A stretch of DNA of 64,000 nt from assembly GCA_044892525.1 (NCBI GenBank), contig CM097887.1, positions 72,106,001-72,170,000 of the forward strand, in the 5' to 3' direction. The notes below the pieces were generated by a model. That model was not told where the DNA came from. It saw only the letters and a program-made list of their open reading frames with translations, and did not search any database. Below, piece after piece: positions 18,786-30,488 of the stretch; position 1 is the first letter of the stretch, and each line of letters opens with the position of its first letter. The position numbers were made by a program, and so were the translations under genes. The DNA comes from Schmidtea polychroa (lineage: Eukaryota).

Positions 18786-19484
18786 ATGAAAATCGAGGAA
18801 ATGATAGAAATTATGAGCGACGTAGAAGAGGGAGAGATTGAGGCAGAAACAACAGAAACACAAACGCTAAAGGCCGAGTTACGGGAAGAGAAATACGAAA
18901 ACGGGAGATTAATAAACAAATACCTAGAGGACCGGAAAATGATAAAGGTGTTAAAGAAAGAGTGCGAAGCGTTGGGGGAAATAAAAAGAGAAACGGAAGA
19001 GGAAAATGAATGGCTACACGAACAAAGGAAGCGAGGGAAAAACTGGGAAAAGATAGCGGAAGAACTATGGAAAGAGAGGGCAAGCTTCAAAGCAAAGGAG
19101 GTAATCCAAGACTACTGGAAAACTGAGGCGAAGGAGCGCCAAACAGCTATAAATAAATTAAAACGACAACTAGAAGAAAACCAACGGGAAAGTAAAGAAA
19201 TGAGGAAGTGGGTCCGCAAATATAGAGAAATAGAAAGAAAACATCAACAACAAAATTACCTGCAAGAAAACGAACAAGATCTCCTACAAATCGAGCTAAA
19301 AAGAAACCTTGAAAAGAAAAGGGAAGAAATTAGACGCTTGGAAAAAGAAATTAGACATCTAAAGAGAGAAGCCCGTGAAAAAGACCGACAATTGGAAATG
19401 CTGCCCGAGTTAAGACACAGGGTAATTAAAGCAGAGTCCACCTTGATGAGAATCAGCGAAAATAATCCAAATCAGAACCATTAA
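18786..19484 (+). CDS. Accessory coiled-coil ORF of unknown function (ATG 18786 preferred; ORF open from 18732)
   Basis: E/K/R-rich heptads; TAG acceptor 2 nt upstream of ATG 18786. Confidence 0.75.
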   Translation: MKIEEMIEIMSDVEEGEIEAETTETQTLKAELREEKYENGRLINKYLEDRKMIKVLKKECEALGEIKRETEEENEWLHEQRKRGKNWEKIAEELWKERASFKAKEVIQDYWKTEAKERQTAINKLKRQLEENQRESKEMRKWVRKYREIERKHQQQNYLQENEQDLLQIELKRNLEKKREEIRRLEKEIRHLKREAREKDRQLEMLPELRHRVIKAESTLMRISENNPNQNH

Positions 19485-19524
19485 ATTAAGGGTCATTAAA
19501 ACCAATTGTAAATAAACATAATGA

Positions 19525-20193
19525 ATGTATAATAGTATCATGCGAGGCGAGATGATGATAACAATGATGGTATTGATGATTCTGATGGAGAACAAACAAT
19601 TAAACGCCCAACCGAAAATCGTACGAGATTACCGCAATCAAAATCAAGAACCTAAACAAGAATCCGGCAAATGCACATACCCTATGACCGTAAAAACCCA
19701 TATCATCCAAACCATTCAATCAACCCGATCCCACATCAACAACATCCAAACAATGTGTAAAAAGAACCCCATTTGTAAAATGATAAACAAACAAATCTTC
19801 GAACAAAGCCAACAGATCGACCAGTTGGAACAACAAATGCAACAAGAGGATTTTGAAAATCTTGTAGAAAAGCCAAAAACACCTCCCGAGATCAATGACA
19901 CCCATTATCTCATATATGTGGTGATCGCAGAGACCCTCCTCCTATGTCTACCAATATTCATGAAAATTTACGAAATTCGAAATAGATGTAGAGTCTCGAC
20001 ATCAATAAGAGTAACCTCGAACCAAAATCCTCAAGAAGTGCCCCTGACAAATCTTAACCCAACCCCATTCCGACCTCGAACCCCGAGTAATCAACCAATC
20101 CAGCCGAAATCTAATAGTCAGACCTATCTCAACATCAATACCCAAACCAACCAACAGCCGCCAGCAGAAGCATCAATGGTTAACAGTTCATAA
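19525..20193 (+). CDS. Accessory predicted type I membrane protein
   Basis: Hydrophobic N-terminus MMITMMVLMILME...LNA, helical ectodomain with 3 Cys, TM YLIYVVIAETLLLCLPIFM, P/N/Q-rich tail. Confidence 0.7.
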   Translation: MYNSIMRGEMMITMMVLMILMENKQLNAQPKIVRDYRNQNQEPKQESGKCTYPMTVKTHIIQTIQSTRSHINNIQTMCKKNPICKMINKQIFEQSQQIDQLEQQMQQEDFENLVEKPKTPPEINDTHYLIYVVIAETLLLCLPIFMKIYEIRNRCRVSTSIRVTSNQNPQEVPLTNLNPTPFRPRTPSNQPIQPKSNSQTYLNINTQTNQQPPAEASMVNSS

Positions 20194-20299
20194 ACTCTAA
20201 CTCAAACATTTGTGTTATTATAGGTGGAAACTTTTATTGTATGTACAAACTATCACCTTAAGTGATACTTGCTTGATCTTGCTTTGACCTAGATCTTAC

Positions 20300-20340
20300 A
20301 ATAAAAATTTTATCATTGTTGTATAATTTTCGTGTTCGTG

Positions 20341-20374
<34 letters not shown>
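20300..20374 (+). terminator. Poly(A) signal with GT-rich downstream element and a 29-nt T tract
   Basis: AATAAA at 20300-20305, then TTGTTGT...TTCGTGTTCGTGTT, then a T run at 20346-20374. Confidence 0.55.
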
Positions 20375-20775
20375 GAATGAATGAATTAAGTTAATTATGC
20401 AATTGCGGGACGCAATTTTGATGGGTCCCCGAGTGATTTGTTGGGCTGAGTCGAAAATTTAATCGTTGAAAAATAGGAAAGTAGGGAAGTAGAACATTAA
20501 GAAAAATAATAATAAAATAAATAAAATCAGAAATAAAATAGAATAAGATATAAGGAAAATAATAATTAAGACATAAGAATTAAAACAAAAAATAAAATTA
20601 AGAAAAGATTAAAATAGAACAAGTTGACAAATAAATAAAGAGGAATTCAAGAAATAATAAGGAAATTAAGGAAATAAATAGAAAAACATATTAAAAATAA
20701 AGAAAATAAGGAAAAAACAACCTAAAAACAAGAAAATTATATTAAATTAATAGAAATAAGCGGTACTCAACTCTG

Positions 20776-20904
20776 ATTGGTCCGCACAAATAAGAATTTG
20801 ATATATATACAACTACCAAAAACATTAAATTTACTGTTAACCCCGAGCATTTCATAGGTAAGAAAAATGTTTACTGTTACTGTTAACCCCGAGCATTTCA
20901 TAGG
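20776..20904 (+). promoter_or_regulatory. Promoter-like cluster: reverse CCAAT, TATA-like run and a 28-bp direct repeat
   Basis: ATTGG at 20776, TATATATA at 20802, TTACTGTTAACCCCGAGCATTTCATAGG at 20831-20858 and 20877-20904. Confidence 0.35.
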
Positions 20905-22978
20905 ATCGACACTACTGGCCAAGCAACCGTCATTCAGAAAACTCCACGACTATTCAAAACCAGTTCAGAGACCGAAATACCATTCATCACAATAATCGAC
21001 ATCCAACGGACCACCATTCAAACTATTTGGAACGAACAACATTGAATTTTGACTCAGCCTAAACAATAGTAAGGGGTATTTCATTTGTTTATAGATTTAT
21101 TTAAGTATTTGTAAAGCTAATAGTAATGGTAAATATTAACGATTAAACATTTTGGTTAACTCTCTTCATTTGATTCTTCATTTTAATAACTTTAACGTAT
21201 TGATGTAATTTGTATTATTTAAGTATTTCAGAATTAATAAAATATTTTTATCCAGATGTCCGTATTTTATTTGAATTAAAGATTTTATGAATTTTCATTT
21301 AACGAGTAACGTGGAGTTGAGCTACTCCATGTCATGGTATGAGGTGCCTTCGGGAGCTCAGCCGGTGGACATGGAGTATTTCAATCACGCAGCTAGATTG
21401 GGCCGAAATGTGAAGGCTTCTTCACGGGTCCTATCGCTGAAGATGCGACTAAATTATCACAAGGGGTCATGGTTAAAAGAATCGCTGGCAGACAATGATT
21501 TTCACAGAGATAGTCGTACGAATGAAGGGATTTTCAAGGATTTACACAGTGACTGAGGGCGTCGCATTCCTTTTTCTTTCGTCAAGTCGTTTTCGTAAAT
21601 CTTACCCCTATTGAAAAAGGAGATCCAGACAACGATTTAGTGAACTTCGTCAAAAATAACGACATCTCATAGTACGCTTCATCTGGAAACATGGTTTCAT
21701 CAAGTTAATTGCGACAACGTCTATTTGCCGGACTCAGTAGAACTAATTTCGTATGAAATTCCGTTATCATAGACCCAATGTCATCTAGCCTGTCCAGATT
21801 GTATGTCAGGTTACGAAAGTATCCTAAAAACTTTAACTAACTCGAAACTAGAAAAATGCGAGATTCTACGAAAACCTCTCTAATATTATAATCAGAAAGT
21901 TTTTATAGACTTAGCTATTTAAAAATTATAAACGGTAAAATATCACCAAATTTAATTAATAACATTTATCTCTACAATAAGAGCCAGGTCTTCACTGTAT
22001 ACATCCAAATTATTGAACCTGAGAGAAAATTTCGAATGGCTAAGGGCAGGTTTCATCGAGACGGCATTACATCTGAATAGGAAAATCCGAGTAGAATGAC
22101 GAGAGTAGTAATATGCTTCAGTATTTGGTAGCATTATTCCCTCGACGATCACTGAAAAGATCCAATAAATTTCCAAACGATGGTGATCATTCACACAAGT
22201 TGATAAGGGTAAAATTCCGCGATGAGAACTGACGGCAGCATAAATCATGATTCAAATAAATCACTGTGCAGAGAAAATCATATGACAGCAGGATCGATGA
22301 AATCACCGTGAAAATGGCATACACTAAGTGAGTGAGATAAGATAGTAGCCATACACGAATCTATGTGGTGAGAGCACAGAATATCAGACTAGCATACATA
22401 ATAGTCGCGACACGTGACATTCACAATAGGTCGATAATGTAATCAACTAGTTGACAGTAGTATCCGTAAATTTGGACATGTGTTATGACCGATGAGATAT
22501 CCCATTAGGGTGTTCAAGTAATGGCCGATGTAAACTCATCACATATTCTCAGACAAATGGTAGACAATATAGATAATCACATTCACTACCGAATTAAAAG
22601 TGCACTTCCAATAACAAATTTCGAATCCAAAAATATGTTGGGAATAGCGATAGTAACTTGTTTTTAATAAATTTAAATAGATAATTTATAGCAAGGTTTA
22701 GTCGCGTACTATAATGTCCCTCTACTAAAGCGTTATTATATTATTTCACCAATATTATATTTACACCCTATTAATTATTACGCCCCTCATGTATACAGTT
22801 AGATCAATAGAGAGTCAAAGTTAATAGCATGCGTCAAACCGATGGCATTTGGTTAAATAAACTGTTTCAACAAATAAGATCCGTGGTAAAACCGGATTGT
22901 AGAATAAGTTTTCCTTCTTTTCGTCAGTCAAGCATCCACGAATGGCCGTGGGTCGTATCTAATTTATTCTAAAATCGT

Positions 22979-23767
22979 ATGTTCTACATTTCATTAGTAT
23001 TATTTATAGCGAGCATGCTACCAACCACTAAATCAGCATTACGGCCGTGCTTCTCGTGCGCGGATAAGAATACGGTGATAAAGGACCTACAAACTCAGAT
23101 TGGACGTTACAAGAGGAAGATAGACGAGCTGGAGGGGACATGGTTTAGTCCCGCTCGGATGAAAGAGATCCAAAAGAAGCTCGATCGTAGCGAGCATTGC
23201 CGGGACGCGCTAATATCTGAGAGCCGGGCCCAAAGAAGTCTAATCAGAGAACAATCCGAGGCACTGCATAAGGTTTACGTGCAGGCGGCTACAACCCGAA
23301 AAATAGTGCAAATTCCCATCCGAGAGGCCGATGACATCTTTCCGCCTCATCACAACCTTTCCTCGAATCCATCTCCACCGTTCAAGAGACCGTGCCGAGA
23401 CTGCGTCGAAACCGAATTGTCCCCCAAGCGACCAGATGTTGTCATCACGGGTACCAGTAAGCCCCCCACTGCTAGTCCATCCGTATCAGTCACCCTTCTG
23501 CAAGTGGCATCTTCAAGTAAACCCAAGCGCAAACAACTCTCTCGTGCAGAGCGCAAGAAGAGACAGCGCGAGCGCGCTACTGCAAAGCCAAACATCCCAT
23601 CAATAGAGGACTCAACCAACGGTGGCAACTCTCACGTGTCCATCGACCTAACAACGGGACCCTCAGCGCGAATCATATCAGCCGCTGGCGTAAGGTGGGA
23701 AGAGAACGCTTCCGAGTTTTTTAACCTCGACGAATTATTCGCCGACACTGAATGGGAGAAACAATAA
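22979..23767 (+). CDS. 262-aa orphan ORF (N-terminal CxxC plus coiled coil, basic RKKRQRER patch, acidic C-terminus) in the candidate 3' LTR region
   Basis: Long ORF, noticeably more GC-rich than its flanks, followed by AATAAA at 23891. Confidence 0.55.
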   Translation: MFYISLVLFIASMLPTTKSALRPCFSCADKNTVIKDLQTQIGRYKRKIDELEGTWFSPARMKEIQKKLDRSEHCRDALISESRAQRSLIREQSEALHKVYVQAATTRKIVQIPIREADDIFPPHHNLSSNPSPPFKRPCRDCVETELSPKRPDVVITGTSKPPTASPSVSVTLLQVASSSKPKRKQLSRAERKKRQRERATAKPNIPSIEDSTNGGNSHVSIDLTTGPSARIISAAGVRWEENASEFFNLDELFADTEWEKQ

Positions 23768-24499
23768 AATCCCAGTGGCGGTCAGGATGAGGAACAAGGA
23801 TCCGATCTATGTTGATTATGATGTTTTCTCTTCTTTCGACAAACGTTAGTAAAGTGTACAGCTGAATCCTTGTGTCATAACATTGAAATTAATAAATCTT
23901 GTTGTCTTACACGTCTTCGTTCATGAATAATTAGACTTTAATTAAGTGGGTCGAGTAGAGAACCCGCAAGATCTAGTGAGAAATTCCCAATTTGCATTCA
24001 GCGAATCCCGATAAGCGGTTGTGTAAGGAAATGGACGTAAGCCCTTCTATCGGCAGTCGTGAATGGGAAGTCGAGGCCTCAGCAAGGAGTAGTTTTAAGG
24101 CAGAAGCTCACCTGCTTGCTGGCGTCTCGCCTGCATAGTGCAGTACCAACGTGAAGTGATTCACGGGCACTATGTTGGAAGAAAGTTATGTGGGGTTTCA
24201 CTCCAGGTTGACAAATCGGTGGCACCTTTTATTCGAGATGGACAATCAACCCTTAGACCCGTCAACATGGTAGAGTGGTCAGCCGAGGTGTAACCCCAAC
24301 AAAAGTTACAAGTCAAACCATAGATCTTTGGATAATTTTTGTTCATCGTTTCATGTCAAAGAATAATAAATCAAAATATGGAACTGCCGAAAAGAAGGAA
24401 TATGATATTCTATTTAATCGAGCTCTTTAAAAGATTAACACAATTCAAATGTTTACTAGCCAAAGTGTTGAACAATTATCCAATGTTTCAAATTCAATC

Positions 24500-24550
24500 A
24501 TGGCTCAATCTCAAGTTATTGGACACGTTAAATGGTTTAACAAAGAATGG
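24500..24550 (+). pseudogene. Cold-shock-domain N-terminal fragment
   Basis: MAQSQVIGHVKWFNKE matches the CSD G-x-VKWFN strand; the following GYGFI (RNP1) motif is absent. Confidence 0.45.
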
Positions 24551-26335
24551 TTGAACCAATGTTACGATGACTTCACAGATGAAATGATAACAGTTGTGTG
24601 TAACGTTTTGTGTAATAAAGAAACTCGTCTGATTTGTCTTAGACGAAAACAGATCGTATTGATTTCTTGTCATCAAATTTGCACGACGTTAGTGCCTTAT
24701 TTAATTTCAAAATAAAATCTGAAATTGACTTTGCTTTTTCTTGCTTATTGGAAAAGAAATTGTTGCGTTCCAAAATAATTATTTTTTCATTTGGTTAAAT
24801 ATATTTTCTGATTGGCTGTTTGATTTCTAAATATGTTGAAGTTTCTATTGGTTTGGGAAGGGAGGAGTGTTCTGATTTTTCAGATATTCTTGATTCCGCG
24901 TGTTGCCAAGAATTTATCTGTTATACCATGTTATAAACTCGTCTTTCAAGTTTCTTGATCTGCATAGAGCTTAAAACCACTGAAATCGACTTTCATTGAT
25001 TAAAATCAAAAATTCTCCGAAAATATTTACAAAAAAAATTGACAAATCAAAAAAACAAGAATTTATTGAAAATCAACAAAAATATATAAAACGCATTTAT
25101 AAAAATTATCAATTGAAATGAAGAATTTTCATAAATCTGATTAATTGTATACTTCGATTGGACACAAGCCTGAGCTATTCCAGATTTTATAATTATGTGA
25201 CACACATTCCTGTTCTAATTTTAATTTATTTAATAAAAAAATATTTATCAATGAAATACTCTGAATAATTTTCACTCCGCTGTCAAGTGAAAAAGAAATG
25301 GATCTTGTATCCATTGATAAGCCGGATAAGTTGGCAGATTTCAGTGCAAAATTAACCTGAAAATCAAATGCAAAAACATTGATTAAGAAATATCAAATAA
25401 TAATAATTTCGTTAATCTATTTATGTAAATTTATAAAGTCATCAATAAATTTAAATAATAATAAATAAATCGAATACTAAATTGACAAATAAATCAAAAG
25501 AATAACAATTTATTGATTCACTTTATGCGTTTCTTATTTCAATTATACTATTTAATAGAAAACGATAGTTTCTAAGTCGATAATTGAAAAAATTGGAAAA
25601 TAATCAATAAAAATTTGCAAGTGTTGAAAATTTATTACATCTGTGTGAATTGTAATAATACAAATCAATAAAATTATAGTATTATAAAAATTAAATTTAA
25701 TATAGTAATTGAAAGTGGTAGAAAAAATAACATGAACACATAAAGAGCATATAAAAAGAAAATGCATGTAAACTTTCGATATGTGGAAATATTGCATGGA
25801 ATAGTAGCATTTTTAATTTGTACTTTATGAAGAAACTATGACATAAATTTAAAATCTAATGCCAAAAACTCAATTCAATTTTACTACTCTAGAATTGTCA
25901 AGAAAATAGAAAAAATATTAAATGATGAAGACAAATTTCATTTAAACAGTTTTAATGAATACTAAAATGTTAATTTAGCTATAATTTACAAATTTGAAGA
26001 GATATACTTAAAAAATAAAAAATAAAGAAAGCATAAAAGCACTATTTTGTGGAAATTCACAAACTTTGCCTAAAATGCATTAATAATATTAAAATATGTG
26101 ATGAATAATATATAAACATCAAGAAATCCGTGAGTTTTAATTGTTTGTTATTAATAAGACTTAATAAAATTTATATTTATTCAATTTAATAAATTTAACT
26201 TACATATTTTTTAAAAACATTGCATTAAAATCCATGTAGAAAATTAGAGAATATAAAATGTGAAATTTCCAAAATTTGATAAATAATTTGTAAGTAATAA
26301 TTACTCATTTTTTGGATAAGCTTTGCTAACATGAA

Positions 26336-26337
<2 letters not shown>

Positions 26338-26390
<53 letters not shown>
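26338..26390. repeat. (TA)n microsatellite
   Basis: Perfect TA run. Confidence 0.98.
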
Positions 26391-26391
<1 letters not shown>

Positions 26392-29300
26392 TTATATATT
26401 TTGCAGCACGGTGTATAATAGAAAATAATGGTTTCTTGATAACAGCATAAATTAAATGTTAGATATATAATAAATGATAAGATAAGACAAGTTTTATTAT
26501 ATTAATAATTTAGATTATGAAATATGTGCTTTCAATCTATTTCAGTACTTAGACAAAATGTTCAATATTTGCTTCTGTTTTCTTTAAAATTCATTTTCTG
26601 TATTCTCAATGGTGCATATTTTAAAAAAAAGCATATTTTAAATAAAAACCCGAAATTCAAATTTTTTGAAAGTTTTCAAAATATCTTTAAAGCAATTTAA
26701 AACCTTAGACTTCAATATTTATTTTCATTCAGTGACATTTTGAAACTTTTGATTTCTAACTAATTTTTTAATTTTTTGATTTTAATTCCACTTTTTAAAA
26801 ACCTTGAAATTTACTAATCCAATTATTTTCAACAATTTTTAAATATTGTTAATTATCAGATTCCATGAAAGAATCCAAGTATTCAAACAAAGTCAGCAAA
26901 CAATTAATTGTGATGATCACTGGATACTTGGTGAGAATTGCCTCTTTAAGTCGAAGATTTTTTGATCATTGTAAATATCTATGATTTTTAATGATTTCTT
27001 TTCTTTGGCTGACTGCTTAAGATATTTCGGGCATTTATTTTAAATTTCTTATATCATTCAAATCAGATTTATAAATAATGAATGCAAAAATTAATTTTAG
27101 AAAAAATATAAGCAACCATTTAATAACCCGGTTATGTTCGGAAGTAGGTTAAAAATGATTATTTTATAATCGAAGATTTTAATATATAATAAAACATGCT
27201 TATAAGGTATTATAGATTCACATAGTATACGTTTAAACATTAGTGTTTAGTAAAAGTCAAAATTCATGAAAGTTTAATATAGTTGAATATAAAATTTAAA
27301 ATAATACATTAATAACCTAAATTATTTTTTCTAAAATTTGTGATAATTTTTTTTAATTGAAAATACCATTTTGAAGTGTAACCAAAATTTATCCATTTGT
27401 ACTACACTTGGATATACACATATTTCCTAGTTAATACCACGTTGTCAACTAATCTGTCAATTAGCTTGATTGGTTTATGTCCCTGACTAAAATTTGATAA
27501 CTTCAATGTATTGATGATATGTGATTTTCACTTTTAATTTAGAATTTTGGCATTAAATTCAGTTTACTGAAAATTAGTTCAAATGTAAATTGATTCAAAT
27601 TGTTTAATATGCGAAGTGCTCTGATATTCAATCGCTAAGACTTAAAAACGTTTAGATGAGAAGTAATTTAAGAGTAAAGAATTACGGAATTTATATTTTG
27701 TAGAATAATTTAATTTTATATTGTTTAAAATTTCAAAAAAATAAATATTATAATTAAAAATATTTCATATCGTATTTTCCGGGCTATAAGTCGCACTTAA
27801 CATGAAAAGGGAAAAATTTTGAATATGGTATTTAAGAATATCAACATTTTATCATTATTAATATCGAATTAACCCTCAATTCTCTAAACCATGTCTATGG
27901 GGCTAGTATGCAATATTTCAGGCTCTGGTTCCGGCCGCAATCCAAAAAATTTTAAAACTTCAAATACAATAACAGGATCTTTTTTTGCTATTTTGCAAAA
28001 AAATATTATTGAATTTTAATAATTGTTATAAGTTCTTATAACTTTTTTCAATTTTCACCTCTGATTTCTTTTCAATTGACATTACATTTATTAGAAAATT
28101 AGAAAAAGTCAGTGCCGAAAATTCGTGAATATCAAGAATATCTTTATTGATTCATAGTCAAATTTTTATTAAATATAATTTCATTTTCATTTTCATTTTC
28201 ATTTTAGTTTTTAGATCAGCGATCAATATAAAAAATATTGATATAGTCTAAAATCTAAAAAGAAACAAAACGAATTTGTACTAAGGAATAATATTACTTT
28301 AGTAAGTCAGTGTTCAGTGATACTCCATTTAACCGAATAAATTCTGATAATTATTTCGGCTAAATTATATTTTTATTTTAAAAAATTTCACTTTTCATTG
28401 ATATTTTCAAATAGAAATGTGATCAATTTTGAAATTGAGAATTACTTGCTTGTCTTACTACTTTGTAATCTTTATTTACAGATTTGTAGGTGTCGATATG
28501 CTGCCTTTGTAAAGGTCACTTAAAATTAGATGTCTTTAATTATAGGAATTTAAGTTTCACGAAGCCTGTAGATTAAGTAAAACTCATGTTTATTATTACT
28601 ATTGATAGAGGTCCTTATAAAAATCCACATTATCAAAAAGTGATTGGTCTTGGCATTATTAACTTTATAAATTATGATTAATATTATTTAAATAACAATG
28701 AATGCTGCGGGCATAAGCGAGTTCAATCTAGCGGAAATACAATGGTACCACTAAGTATGGAGTTATCTGGTGTTATATTCAAATGCGAGCACTTCTGCGG
28801 TAATCTTGATAATCAAAATCGAACAATCAACATAAATATTGAAAAAGACTTTGAACCTTAAGATAACTTTAGAGTAATTTAATAATTGCTGGGTTTCCAG
28901 CAGTAGCAGAAAATATGGTACTTGAATCATTTGAAATCGATAAAAACAATTGGTAAAGAGAGACTATATAAGGCATTAAAAAGTCCATTGCAGGGACTTG
29001 TATCTGAAACCTTATTCATCAACGAGTACAACTTTTCAATCAAGATTGAGCTTTAAACCACTTTTGTAACTCCTTTCGTCTATCAGTAAAAGCTTTCATT
29101 TTTTGTTCATCATTTGATCTTTTTTATTTATTTTGATTTCATTGATCTTTTGTCAGAATGAAAGTAAATGAAATATACTTTCATTTAATTTGTGTTTTTT
29201 AATTAAATAATTATAATGTTAATCGACAATTAATCAATTATATGTTTATTTGTATTTATCAATTACAACAAGTTTGAAATTATTACTAATATTTATCATT

Positions 29301-29745
29301 AATATTTTGCTATAGTTCAACTCTTTACTCTGCTATTCATTTTACTTATACACAAAGGTAGAAATATCAATTTTAGATTAAAATGCAAGTATCAAAGATT
29401 GAATTGAGGTTATACATTCTTAAGATATCTATAAAAGTGTTGGAAATGAGTTAGACATTTGTAAAAAGAGGGGAAAAGATTGAGAAATAGGACATTACAT
29501 CAACATATAAGATCTACGTAATTAAAAAGTAATTATAAAAAAAACCCTGAATTATAAATTTGTGTATAAAAATATATTGAAATACGGGTTTTAAAGGAGT
29601 CTCAAAATTTGTGAAATCGTATTTAAAGGAAGGTTTAATAACTTTGTTGACAAGTGACGATGGGATACAATGAAAATCTGTCAAAATCGCCCGATTTCAT
29701 TTATTAATGCACCTTTAAAATAACCTAACACTTTAATCCCTAACA

Positions 29746-30071
29746 CAGTGGTTCTCAATTAACATAAAAGCGCGGAACACCATTCACATGATTCTTTTAT
29801 GTGGAACACTGACAAAAAATACTTGCCCACAATGAGTGACCAATAACAAATTACTATAAATGCCTTCTTATAAGCAAAGAAAATACCACGCGCAACAATA
29901 ACAAGCAATAAAAACACTTTTATATTTGTATATTTATATATCTGTGTAACGGCTTTCTTATTGAATCATCTTATAAAAAAATTAATTGAGGTTTTTGATT
30001 ATATGTATCTTAAATGCAAATTTAAAGATAAAATGTCATTTTTTTCGCGGAACACGGGTTGAGAACCACTG
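29746..30071. mobile_element. hAT-type MITE
   Basis: TIR CAGTGGTTCTCAA / TTGAGAACCACTG; perfect 8-bp TSD CCCTAACA. Confidence 0.92.
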
Positions 30072-30488
30072 CCCTAACATATAGCATTGGCGTCGGGGGA
30101 CTCTGTATTATCTATTATACAGTATTTAAAATGTATAATTCAAAATACTTGAACATATGCATTCGACTGGACGCAAAATTTATCAACAAAAGACGGTTGT
30201 GTTTGGTCAATTTGAAACCTCAAAGTACCCATTAACGTTGCTTCATTCTTTTTCAAAATTGAACCTGGAAATATTAATAATAGTTATAACCACAAAATTT
30301 ACATATCAAATCTTATAATTCCAAAAATTAATTCTATATAATAATTAACCCTACAATGCCATATCCAACACAAGCCACGTCTAAGGTAACTTTATGGTAA
30401 GTATAAGTGTATAAAATCATCAAAAATTTGAGTTGTGTCATATTAAATACATATATGATGTTGATATTTCATAAATTAGAAAAAATTC

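Larger units (their letters stand above)
1..24310 (+). mobile_element. Giant Ty3/Gypsy (Metaviridae) LTR retroelement, Burro-like; 5' end outside the window, 3' boundary uncertain (coding part ends 20193, candidate terminus 24310)
   Basis: Gag with CCHC knuckles followed by PR-RT-RH-IN order; Gypsy-type RT motifs RFCIDYRKLN, YPLP, DLKSGYWQI, YIDD; strongly A-rich + strand from 300 to about 20700; co-oriented accessory ORFs. No LTR pair can be matched inside the window. Confidence 0.9.

Noticed and set aside
790-20193. Dozens of minus-strand and alternate-frame ORFs overlapping the element (F/S/L-rich)
   Set aside because: Shadow ORFs of the A-rich coding strand; no motifs.
20465-20495. Purine run AAATAGGAAAGTAGGGAAG as the PPT
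   Set aside because: Not followed by a TG LTR start, and purine runs are ubiquitous on this strand; cannot be confirmed without the 5' LTR.
21287-21556. 89-aa ORF in the 3' region of the element
   Set aside because: Short, no motif, and composition unlike the accessory genes.
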